Virus record (IMG/VR): IMGVR_UViG_3300024272_002379 | Direction: 5' to 3' (one strand) | DNA from: a virus | Taxonomy: Duplodnaviria; Caudoviricetes | DNA: 64,000 nucleotides | Shown: positions 10,772-19,877 of the stretch, piece by piece | Numbering within the stretch: position 1 is the first letter of the stretch | Layout of the letters: each line of letters begins with the position of its first letter | Made by a program: the position numbers and the translations under genes | Notes under the pieces: model-generated | Database searches by the model: none | What the model was told of the DNA's origin: nothing | The model's input: the letters and a program-made list of their open reading frames with translations, nothing else

Positions 10772-13700
10772 CTAAATTTGTAATCCAGCTATTTGTCGTG
10801 ATACGTCATCTCTGGCATCTCGTTTTATAAAGAACGATGTTTTATTGCCATTAGATGACTGCATAAAACTTGTTTGAACGTTTTCATATCCCGCCCTACC
10901 AAGTATCTGATTAAGTCTTACTTGTACCTGTCTAGGTCCATTAGTAGCATCAATCATTGGAATAGGGATATTTACTTCATCTGCTTGTTCTAAATCATCA
11001 TCCCAAATATCAAATTCACCTGGGTCTAAATTGTTTTGGTGAACAAGCTTAACTTTAACATCTTCGATGTTTGTACTTTCGTCCCAACCAATCCATGAAG
11101 CATCTGGTAAACCATGGGTTCTAAAATATTCATTTAGAGATGGTTTTTCATCTACTGGCATTCCCCATGCTGATTGTAAAGCTCTTCGTAAATAGCTTGG
11201 TGCAATACGTAAGATTTTTTCTTTTTCTTCCTCTGGAGCATCTACAAAGTGTTGGAAATATTGACGTTCTTTCTTAGGAAGAGCTGTCATGATATTTACA
11301 AGAGATTCTCCAGGGTCATATCCGTACATAGTTTGTTCTGCCGCTTGTTTAAATTCAATGGCTTTTAGTGCATTTTTTGGTAACTTTGTTACCTTACGTT
11401 GACTTTGTAATTCACCCAGCTCTTTATTAATGGCACTTATCGTTTGTTTTTTGCTCATTGATTTATCAACATATTTCGGCTCTCCATACTTAAAATTATA
11501 CCTATCTCTATGTTTGAAATCAAGTTTAACCTTGCGTTTGTAATCTGTAAGTTCTTGTTGTCTTAACTTATTAGATACGCCTTTTGCTTCTTTTGATTTC
11601 ATGAATGTTTCTACGTCAAAGTGGTCTTCTTTTTTAGCTTTCACTTTATATTGTTCATAGAGGCGTATATTTTTAACGTATTTTAAAATGTCTACGTATT
11701 CATTGAGTTTTTCTTGCTCTCTTCTACGTTTTGGTCTCCAGTCTCTATCCTCATTTGAGCCAGCAATAAAAGCTACTTTACCAATAGCTGGAACGGTAGC
11801 TCCAACAACAGTGCCTACTAATTTACCAAATCGCCCTTTTCCAAATAAGCTTCCAATAAAGCCACCCATAAGAATTCCGCCTAAACCGCCAAGAGAATTA
11901 TTTGCAATATTTTCTTCTATATGTGGAATAAGTATATCTCTAATAGGATGATTCCATGACTGGAAATCTTTTGAATAAACTTCACGTTTACGATACTGTT
12001 CATAAGGCGAACGTACTTGCAAAAACTTACTTCCAATAAATGGAATATTTCCAATAACATCATGAGTTAATGTTTCCATAGCTGAACCAAAAGCAATTTC
12101 CCCTTTTGTGTATCTAGCCTGAATTGCTGCTGGGGAATTATCATTCTCTTTTTCTTTAGCATGACCTTTGTTTAATAATACCTGATTTACGTTTACTCCT
12201 CTGGAATGAACTACAGCTCTTATTGAACGAGATGAATCTTTTGAGTATTTATTATGTTCATCAGCATCATAAGAGATTCTGATTCTTGCTCCTGGTCTAA
12301 TATATTTTCTAATGGCACTTCTTGCTGCATCATTTTTGGTACGTTCTTCGTCATACATTTCACTATTAGACATAGATACATTTATGCCAGCAAATTTAAT
12401 AGCATGTTGTTTGCCATATTCTTTCGTAACGATTGTATTGTTATCTATAATCTTAGTCACTGTTACCGTTTCGGTTTTAAGATTCGATGTTTTAAATTTA
12501 TAATCATAAACTCTTAAAGGCTCTTTTTGCTGTTTAATACGTTCTCTTATTTGTGAAGCTTCTTGTTGCTCTTCAGGTGATAAGTCTTCACGACTAAGTT
12601 GAGCAGAAACATCTTTAAATTCCTGTGAATAAGGAGCTACGTCTGCAAGTATTCTAAATCTATCAAGGGTGCTATATAATTCACCTCTTCCGATTTCGCC
12701 TCTTTCTATTGCTTTTCTTATAGTTTGACGAGCTTCGTAAACATTTTGTAATGTCTTCTTAAGTTCGCTTTCGCTGTAATCAAATCCAACGGTATAGGTA
12801 TTATTAGGATTCTCTTTATCAACGTAATAAATGTATCCCTTAGAATTCGTATTTCCAGTTGCCCACAAATAGAAATTAGTTTGTCTCATATGATGAGTTA
12901 ATGGCTTACCCGACTTACGAATTTCATTTAACTTTTTAGCAGATGTGGACTTAATATCTACAATAGCCACGCCAGTAGGAGAAGATAAATCATGAACCTT
13001 TGCATCGTACCATCCAATAATTCCATTACGTTTATCTTCTACTTTACCTTCTACGTCAATCGCTAAACCTGCATCTAACCATGATTGTTGTATCTGTTTA
13101 TGAATTTCGTTACCTTTTTCAAGAGTATCTTCTTCAAATGTGCTCATATATTTATCAGCTTTTAACATGTGCTTAATAATATAATCTTTTTCATATCCGA
13201 TAGAAGAAGAGCCTATATTAAACTCCATTAGACCCTTGATATTATGCAGTCTTTCATATCCCTCTCCAGGTAATCTTTCTTCGCCATTATCTATTTTTGA
13301 ATAAGGGTCTCCATGTTTAAAATCTGTAAAATAATCAGAGCCTGGCATCCATGACGGCATTGTGTTTCTAATAGGGTTTACATACTCTGTTTTATTATTT
13401 CGCTTAGGAATAAAACGACGAGTGATTTCGGATAACGTACCGCCAAAACCGCCTAGATTTTCTTCCCAGAAATCATTATTAAAACTATACGCATACCCAG
13501 AGTTCTCTATCATTCTTGCCTTTTCATTTGCTTCTCCTGTAACGAATGTCTGTAAAGCAAAGCCTTTTAAACCAGCTATATCGCCTAACCAGTTAAACTG
13601 TTCGCCTAATCCATATACAAATGCATTATCTATTAATCTATTGTCGTTACCTACTGGAATTCCAGGCCCAGTAATATTGGATATACTTACTCTTTGTTGA

Positions 13701-16700
13701 GTACCGATTACTTTATTAAGACTGTATCTTTGTAAATCCTGATTAACATTATATAAATTCATTGTATCTGGGACATCTACCACATTTAAAGCACCAGATG
13801 GAGTACTATAAACTTCATAAGGAGTGTTGTATCTATCGTAAGTTCTTACTGGTAAAATACTTCTTTGCTCGAAGTCAATACCTGCATTATCTCTAATGGT
13901 TCTTTTAGTAATCTGTTTCGCTTGATAAGCAGATGTATATAAGTTATTGCTGTCGGCAATAGCAGAAGCGGCTGCACTTTGTTCTGCTCGATTAAAGGTA
14001 TTAATGTCCCTTTCTGAGTTATCAAAAGAAGACCTGCCTTCAGTTAACAATGTACTTGGTAATTCATCCATGGGATTTATCTGGAATCCATTTTGCCAAT
14101 ATTCTAGGTGCATCTTTTGAGGTGGGCTAATAACACTTCCAATAGTAGAACCAAACAATGGTCCTATGATTGGTATATTTTGTCCCACTGGAGCAGTTTG
14201 CAAATATGGTCTATCGTAATAATGTTTTTTATCATAATAATTACGATTAAAAATAAAGTGATTTAATGGAGCCAATGGATTTACAGGATTAGGGAACCAT
14301 GTATTATTATAATACTCTTGACGAGAACCCCATTTAGAATCACTAAACTCTACGTCAGCTTGTACACGACGATATAAATTAGGTCTGAAATACATAATCT
14401 TTCCACCAGTGAAAGGTGTATTACCAGAACCCCAATAGCGTCCTTTACGAATTGGGTCGTAACCATTTTCAATGTATTCTTCACGTTCCTCTGCTGTTTG
14501 TCCTAATCCTAATTGATATACGCCAGGCAATTCGTTTATCTGGTCAGAACCTGGTGTCATTTCTCCTAAGAATTTAAATAACTTTGTAGCCCCTACTAAA
14601 TCCATTGCATGATGAGCCCCAATATCAATTGGTCTTACTACATTACGCATCATGAATTTTGTTATATTGTCTCGGTTACCTGTTTCATCTCCAGACCCAA
14701 AAAATGGTTCTGATAAGTAATTAATTACACCAGGAACTTGAGTAGCTAAAAAGATAGGCAATGCTCTTTTAGTTAGTAAATTCCATGCCATACTAGTAGA
14801 TGAGCGTTTACTATCTATACTTAAGCCTAGTAAGTATGAAGCACTTCCTAATCCTTCTGATAACTGATTTAATATAGACCAAGTAAATCCTGAACGTTCA
14901 GTGAAAAACTCATGCATTGTATTATCGGCATTACGGCCTACAAAGAATTGCTTTGCAAAACCTTCAAGCTCATGAAGGGCTTTATCGGTATCTCCTTGAC
15001 TAAAATAATTATAAGCCTGAGAAACTTTAAATCCTTCTTTTGTGGTGCTGTACATACGAGGCTGAAAATCTTTACCGTCTACTTTGAATTTTTCATGCCC
15101 TTCACCAAATACGCTCTTGTAATTAAACTGTCTTACCTGATTTAGCATTTCCTGAACGTCATCATATTCATAGCCATTTACACGAACTTTCTCTGTCATT
15201 TTATTGATAAGATTGTCCATGAATTCGTCAAAGTTTGTTGCTGTATCCAATGTTCTTTCGACATCTTCTCCCATAGGTCTGGACTCTTGATAACCCATAT
15301 CTAAGAACTTACTAGCTTCGTATTTAAACTTCTGGAATTTATTTAACTCAACACCTTCTTCTCTAAGAAGGGCTTCGTATTTATCTAATGCTATCTTTTG
15401 AGCTTCCCCCATACTTAAGCCACTCATCTGACGTGTAGCATTATGCATAGGTTTTAAACCGTATGATTCGTCTGCATAGGTAATGTCATGTAATTTAAAA
15501 CCACTACCTAACTCTTGAAGCTGGGCATTCCCATCAGTGGTATATGCCTTACCATTAATGATAGCTATATTTTTATATCTATAATCATCCCCAAAAGTTT
15601 CTGCCATCCATTCGCCTATCTTGTATTCTCGTCCACCCATTCTTGTAATATTGGCATCATACTGTTCTGAATTAATTAATCCCATTAAAGGTTTACGACG
15701 ACCTATTTTATCAAATCCAAATAATGTTTTGAATGGATTAAACTGAACTAATGGTAACTTGAAATCATTAGCAAGAGAATGAGCAAATTCTATCATATTA
15801 TTTTTTGACATACGATAATCTATAATGTGACCAGATTCATTGATTCTAATGCTGGAATCTACTATTATGTTTTGCCAATCTCCACTTGCAAAAGCATTGG
15901 TTGGTTTCCCATCTTTCATATATCTATGAGAGCTATATGAAAAGAAATCATTTACACTATCCAATAGTGATTCATATTTTTCATTTGTTCTTGAGTCTAT
16001 ATTGAAATCAATGCCTTCTTTTCTGACCAATTTTCTAACGCCGAATTCATCTCGTGTTAATTCAGCTACATCTCCAAGAGTAAGCTTGCGATAACCAGAT
16101 TCACTTAATTCTTGTGCTGCTTGTCTTGGATTTAAGGTCATTGCATTCATGAATTCCTCTATTGCTTTAGAGGTAAACTGAGTAGCTTGCGTAGGAGCAT
16201 TTTGTCTGGCATCAAGTTCTAGTCCACGCAATTCTTTCATACGATAATGAAGGTCTGTATTTAAATAATTAGTTCTTTGAGTTGCCAAATTACTTTGACT
16301 ATCTTGTATCATTTTGGAAAGAAGACCAATGTCTTGTTTAGTTCCTTCCATTAACTCTCTCATTCGATGAAAATTAGTTTGTCTAGTTCCAGATATATCT
16401 TTAAAGTCTTGCATTAAATCATAGAATACGCTGGATTCCCTATCTCGAAACAAACTCATTTTAGGCATTGTATAGTTTTGATTTTGACTAATAGGTTTAA
16501 GATTTGACCATTGTTTTATTGTACGCATTACCGTACCTGCTCTATCCGTACCTTCTCTGGCAATATTATCTGCAAGCTCAAGCAAAGGTCTCATGATATC
16601 TTTTAATGCTCCGCTTTTAAATAATCCATAACCAGTAGCACCAACAAGTCCAATCTTAATCATATTGTACAATGGGTCATTATCGCTTGTATCCTGATGG

Positions 16701-16756
16701 TCTATATGTGTTTGAGTGTTTAGAATTCTTCTTTCTAATCTGTTGTCTGATAACAT
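10772..16756 (-). CDS. Tape-measure-like protein with embedded PD-(D/E)XK nuclease and degenerate SNase (thermonuclease) domain
   Basis: Follows the tail chaperones. Gly-rich hydrophobic segments (IGLVGATGYGLF; GLGGILMGGFIGSLFG...LVGTVVGATV). GNEIH...GWYD...IVDIKS...QTNFY nuclease motifs. VTKIIDNNTI...IKFAGIN...VNQVLLNKGHA SNase-like motifs. Own SD GAGGTG. Confidence 0.75.
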   Translation of the reverse strand: MLSDNRLERRILNTQTHIDHQDTSDNDPLYNMIKIGLVGATGYGLFKSGALKDIMRPLLELADNIAREGTDRAGTVMRTIKQWSNLKPISQNQNYTMPKMSLFRDRESSVFYDLMQDFKDISGTRQTNFHRMRELMEGTKQDIGLLSKMIQDSQSNLATQRTNYLNTDLHYRMKELRGLELDARQNAPTQATQFTSKAIEEFMNAMTLNPRQAAQELSESGYRKLTLGDVAELTRDEFGVRKLVRKEGIDFNIDSRTNEKYESLLDSVNDFFSYSSHRYMKDGKPTNAFASGDWQNIIVDSSIRINESGHIIDYRMSKNNMIEFAHSLANDFKLPLVQFNPFKTLFGFDKIGRRKPLMGLINSEQYDANITRMGGREYKIGEWMAETFGDDYRYKNIAIINGKAYTTDGNAQLQELGSGFKLHDITYADESYGLKPMHNATRQMSGLSMGEAQKIALDKYEALLREEGVELNKFQKFKYEASKFLDMGYQESRPMGEDVERTLDTATNFDEFMDNLINKMTEKVRVNGYEYDDVQEMLNQVRQFNYKSVFGEGHEKFKVDGKDFQPRMYSTTKEGFKVSQAYNYFSQGDTDKALHELEGFAKQFFVGRNADNTMHEFFTERSGFTWSILNQLSEGLGSASYLLGLSIDSKRSSTSMAWNLLTKRALPIFLATQVPGVINYLSEPFFGSGDETGNRDNITKFMMRNVVRPIDIGAHHAMDLVGATKLFKFLGEMTPGSDQINELPGVYQLGLGQTAEEREEYIENGYDPIRKGRYWGSGNTPFTGGKIMYFRPNLYRRVQADVEFSDSKWGSRQEYYNNTWFPNPVNPLAPLNHFIFNRNYYDKKHYYDRPYLQTAPVGQNIPIIGPLFGSTIGSVISPPQKMHLEYWQNGFQINPMDELPSTLLTEGRSSFDNSERDINTFNRAEQSAAASAIADSNNLYTSAYQAKQITKRTIRDNAGIDFEQRSILPVRTYDRYNTPYEVYSTPSGALNVVDVPDTMNLYNVNQDLQRYSLNKVIGTQQRVSISNITGPGIPVGNDNRLIDNAFVYGLGEQFNWLGDIAGLKGFALQTFVTGEANEKARMIENSGYAYSFNNDFWEENLGGFGGTLSEITRRFIPKRNNKTEYVNPIRNTMPSWMPGSDYFTDFKHGDPYSKIDNGEERLPGEGYERLHNIKGLMEFNIGSSSIGYEKDYIIKHMLKADKYMSTFEEDTLEKGNEIHKQIQQSWLDAGLAIDVEGKVEDKRNGIIGWYDAKVHDLSSPTGVAIVDIKSTSAKKLNEIRKSGKPLTHHMRQTNFYLWATGNTNSKGYIYYVDKENPNNTYTVGFDYSESELKKTLQNVYEARQTIRKAIERGEIGRGELYSTLDRFRILADVAPYSQEFKDVSAQLSREDLSPEEQQEASQIRERIKQQKEPLRVYDYKFKTSNLKTETVTVTKIIDNNTIVTKEYGKQHAIKFAGINVSMSNSEMYDEERTKNDAARSAIRKYIRPGARIRISYDADEHNKYSKDSSRSIRAVVHSRGVNVNQVLLNKGHAKEKENDNSPAAIQARYTKGEIAFGSAMETLTHDVIGNIPFIGSKFLQVRSPYEQYRKREVYSKDFQSWNHPIRDILIPHIEENIANNSLGGLGGILMGGFIGSLFGKGRFGKLVGTVVGATVPAIGKVAFIAGSNEDRDWRPKRRREQEKLNEYVDILKYVKNIRLYEQYKVKAKKEDHFDVETFMKSKEAKGVSNKLRQQELTDYKRKVKLDFKHRDRYNFKYGEPKYVDKSMSKKQTISAINKELGELQSQRKVTKLPKNALKAIEFKQAAEQTMYGYDPGESLVNIMTALPKKERQYFQHFVDAPEEEKEKILRIAPSYLRRALQSAWGMPVDEKPSLNEYFRTHGLPDASWIGWDESTNIEDVKVKLVHQNNLDPGEFDIWDDDLEQADEVNIPIPMIDATNGPRQVQVRLNQILGRAGYENVQTSFMQSSNGNKTSFFIKRDARDDVSRQIAGLQI

Positions 16757-17438
16757 CTAATATCACCTCATCATTCCAGTGTGTTCCACCTATTAATGGG
16801 AAGTCTAATATCTCATGAGTAAATGTAGACTTTAATTCTTCTGAGAAATAATACATAGGGTCAATACCGTTATTCTGTAACTCCTTTATAAATTCTGGAT
16901 TATTAGAGTTCATTTTGCTCATTTCTTCCATGTATTCTTCTGTTTGGTCTTGAATATGCCAATCAAATCCTTTAAGCTCAGCAACTCTTTCCGCACGTAC
17001 TGTCATGTACATAAGTTTTTCCCATGTCCACTCTTCCATTTCCTCATATGTACATTCTGGAATAAATGCTTTAATTAAGTCCATACATTGAAGTTCAAGA
17101 GTTGTAGTTTCTTTCATCTGTCTGTATTCATTAAGTACGTGCTGTATATCTTTTAAACCAGATGTAGTTTGTATAACATCAGCAACGTACTCGTTCAAAC
17201 CTGCAAAACCGCAAGTATCAAAATCATATTCTTCTGGATAGATACAACATGTATTACATATAGCATCTTCCATGTCTAATTGAGAACTACATGATTTTAT
17301 GATGTATTTATACTCTTTTCTGGTTAATGTTCTAAATATAAAATCTGTATCTAAAAAACGGACATAAATAATCTTATGTCCGCTGTAAAGGTCTTTGTAG
17401 TAGTTTAGCAATGTAACATCTACTTTATTATCAGCCAT
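16680..17438 (-). CDS. Tail assembly chaperone paralog with C-terminal extension (GT-like)
   Basis: Directly upstream of the tape measure. N-terminal half aligns with 17450..18013 (FIFRTLTRKEYK vs FVFRTLNRFEYK; ICNTCCIYP vs ICHTCVLWP). Confidence 0.65.
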   Translation of the reverse strand: MADNKVDVTLLNYYKDLYSGHKIIYVRFLDTDFIFRTLTRKEYKYIIKSCSSQLDMEDAICNTCCIYPEEYDFDTCGFAGLNEYVADVIQTTSGLKDIQHVLNEYRQMKETTTLELQCMDLIKAFIPECTYEEMEEWTWEKLMYMTVRAERVAELKGFDWHIQDQTEEYMEEMSKMNSNNPEFIKELQNNGIDPMYYFSEELKSTFTHEILDFPLIGGTHWNDEVILDVIRQQIRKKNSKHSNTYRPSGYKR

Positions 17439-17449
17439 GACAAATCCTC

Positions 17450-18013
17450 CTAAAGTACCTCTATACCATATTCTTTTGTAAATCCTGAGTTCTCCATAAT
17501 GATTTGAGCAAGAGCACTAGGATAGCCGCTGTCTTCTGCTGCCATCTTTTTAAAATCATAGTTAAAAGGCCAAAGGACACATGTATGACAAATAATTTCT
17601 TCTCGATATAAAGCATCAATATTTTCAATTGCTACAATTTGTTTGTATTCGAATCTGTTAAGGGTTCTAAATACAAAATGCTTATCAAGTATCTGTGTGT
17701 GGAAAATCTTCTCTTTTGTGAATTGTTTTTTCCAAATATCAATCTGGGAAACACCAGGACCATTTTCAAAAATCGGAGTATCATTAGGGTCAATATAGTA
17801 CTCATCTTCATTTTCTGGTTCATATTGAATATTGATTGGATTATCGTAATCATATCCTTGTCTGGTAATTTCAGGAACGCCCTGATATGTATCTTCTGAT
17901 TCTAGTTCAGCACGCATATCAGCATATATATCTTCTTCGTTTCCTGCTTGTTTCTGCTGTGTTTCTAATTTAAGTTTCGCTGCATTCATTAAGTCTTGCA
18001 TATTTTGGTCCAT
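17450..18013 (-). CDS. Tail assembly chaperone (G-like)
   Basis: Lies between the tube genes and the tape measure. FRTLxRxEYK motif and acidic N-terminus. Confidence 0.65.
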   Translation of the reverse strand: MDQNMQDLMNAAKLKLETQQKQAGNEEDIYADMRAELESEDTYQGVPEITRQGYDYDNPINIQYEPENEDEYYIDPNDTPIFENGPGVSQIDIWKKQFTKEKIFHTQILDKHFVFRTLNRFEYKQIVAIENIDALYREEIICHTCVLWPFNYDFKKMAAEDSGYPSALAQIIMENSGFTKEYGIEVL

Positions 18014-18029
18014 GGTATTTTCCTCCTAG

Positions 18030-18395
18030 TTATAGTAAACTCTGTGTGCTTTCGCTTATCAAATCATTCATTTTTTGTCTAAGCGATTCGATTTCTTGTC
18101 TTTTATCATTAATGTCTTCTTCGGATGCGTCTTTCTTTTTAAGTAAAGCAAGTTCTTTCTCTCTCTTTGTTTTTTCTTCCTCTACATGTTCCATCTTAGC
18201 CATTGTGAGATAGAATCCAACATAGATACTTGCAAATCCAAAAATAGAGAGAATGAGCTGTGGTAATGCATCATAGTTTGCTGATAAATGCATTTCTAGC
18301 ATTGTATAAACTACGACTACAAGTACAAGTATAATAGCAAATACACCAAGTAATTTAGACATTGCCATAAATCTAAACTTTGGAAGTTTTTTCAT
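18030..18395 (-). CDS. Small two-TM membrane protein with C-terminal coiled coil (holin-like)
   Basis: Two hydrophobic helices (LLGVFAIILVLVVVVYTML; LILSIFGFASIYVGFYL) followed by a charged helical tail. Confidence 0.55.
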   Translation of the reverse strand: MKKLPKFRFMAMSKLLGVFAIILVLVVVVYTMLEMHLSANYDALPQLILSIFGFASIYVGFYLTMAKMEHVEEEKTKREKELALLKKKDASEEDINDKRQEIESLRQKMNDLISESTQSLL

Positions 18396-18476
18396 ATTAT
18401 ATCATCCTTTCTTGAAATTCTCTACCTATTTTTATAGGCTTTGTAATTACTTGAAGTATGAGTACTTTATAATGCA

Positions 18477-19091
18477 TTAAAACTTAAAATTATATTTAAT
18501 ATCTGAAGAGGCTGAACTTTCTTCTGAAGTATATTTGTCTACGTCAGATATTTCATCGGATTCCGTTATATCTCTAGCAATGAACTCGTATATCTCGGAT
18601 ACGGGATTACCAGATGTATCAACTTCAACACTTACGCTTCTCATAAATACATCTTTGATTGTTTTAGTAATAGAGTTGTTACCGAAAACAATTCTAATAT
18701 CTTTTCGATTACGTCTATGCATTTTATAGTTATCGTCATCAAAAAAGGAATTGTAATGTGGTGAAGTGCTTGAGTCATCATTTGAATGCTCTTCATTATC
18801 ACTGTTATCTTCTACTGTGTCGCTCATTTTATTTGAGTATACAATCATAGCTTGTAATGTGTCTGTTGTTAATATTCCAGTAGAGTTCATGCCTACCATC
18901 TGTTGAAATTGAGATACAGCATCGGCTACGGTGTTATCATATGTTGTGGTGTAAGTAATTTCTATTCCACATTTATCTAGTAACTGACAAACTTGGTTTA
19001 CGAAATCTCCATTAATTAAAGTACCTGCACTGTTGTAATATAATTCACTATATTCATATCTTGTAAGCTCAGGTATTGATTGTGGTATCAT
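18477..19091 (-). CDS. Peptidoglycan-binding domain + C-terminal half of a tail-tube fold
   Basis: PGBD-like TVADAVSQFQQMVGMNSTGILTTDT. C-terminal DIRIVFG...IKDV...YEFIARD matches the tube C-terminus. Confidence 0.65.
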   Translation of the reverse strand: MIPQSIPELTRYEYSELYYNSAGTLINGDFVNQVCQLLDKCGIEITYTTTYDNTVADAVSQFQQMVGMNSTGILTTDTLQAMIVYSNKMSDTVEDNSDNEEHSNDDSSTSPHYNSFFDDDNYKMHRRNRKDIRIVFGNNSITKTIKDVFMRSVSVEVDTSGNPVSEIYEFIARDITESDEISDVDKYTSEESSASSDIKYNFKF

Positions 19092-19103
19092 TGTTACACC
19101 TCC

Positions 19104-19865
19104 TTAAGTTTCTATGTAACCTTCTACTCCATTTTTTGTCATTACATATGCCCAACCGTCATTCCAGTTGTCCAACACATAAACATCTTGAGGTTCACTT
19201 AGAACTTCATATGCAAAACTAGGAGAAGGCCCTAAGTACAACTTAGTATTTGCTGGTACTGATATGATTTGATTATTACTTTCAGAAACTGCTTTGTCTA
19301 TTTCCTTTTTTGTTTCCGTAGTAAGAATACCGTTTGCATCTAAGTTATGAGCTGCCTGGAATCTTTTAATTTGCTGTTCCAATATAAACTTGCTCGAATT
19401 GTAATCTAAATCATACCCTAAGTTAATAAGTTTTGTTCTATATTCAAATACTTCATCGCTTTCAACATACACTGTATCTGAATTAGTTATCTCTTGTTCA
19501 GTAATCCATTCAACAGCATCCATCAATTCTTGTTGATTGTTATTGTAATCCTCAAGAGTATTGCTCTGACTTCTTTTGATAATATCGTACATTGGAGATT
19601 GTGCTTCTGGATTTTTAATAGGTACTTTAAATGTTCCAGTAACAATACGATTTCCCACTGCTACATCATCAAAGGTTCTTGAAGCGTACCCATATAAAGG
19701 CTTTAATTGTTCTTGTAATGAATAACTTATATAGGCAATTTCTGTCTGTTCAACATCGTCTATATAAATTTTGGTATCAGTACTAGAATAATATTCTTCC
19801 ATAAATAGGTTTTCTTCTGTTTGTTCTATTCGAGGAATATATCTATGTGTTAATGAGGTTGCCAT
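19104..19865 (-). CDS. N-terminal half of a tail-tube fold + peptidoglycan-binding domain + SH3-like domain
   Basis: YSSTDTKIYI...ISYSLQEQLKPLYGY...GNRIVTGTF resembles the tube N-terminus. QIKRFQAAHNLDANGILTTET is PGBD-like. GWAYVMTKNGVEGYI is SH3b-like. Confidence 0.65.
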   Translation of the reverse strand: MATSLTHRYIPRIEQTEENLFMEEYYSSTDTKIYIDDVEQTEIAYISYSLQEQLKPLYGYASRTFDDVAVGNRIVTGTFKVPIKNPEAQSPMYDIIKRSQSNTLEDYNNNQQELMDAVEWITEQEITNSDTVYVESDEVFEYRTKLINLGYDLDYNSSKFILEQQIKRFQAAHNLDANGILTTETKKEIDKAVSESNNQIISVPANTKLYLGPSPSFAYEVLSEPQDVYVLDNWNDGWAYVMTKNGVEGYIET

Positions 19866-19877
19866 TTCATCACCCCT

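Noticed and set aside
12720-13130. Cas4 / CRISPR-Cas system
   Set aside because: No Fe-S cysteines, no other cas genes and no repeat-spacer array were seen in the window.
16680-16756. 77-nt overlap between chaperone and tape measure as a programmed frameshift fusion
   Set aside because: The tape measure has its own SD (GAGGTG) and ATG, an in-frame TAG lies just before that ATG, and no slippery site is visible.
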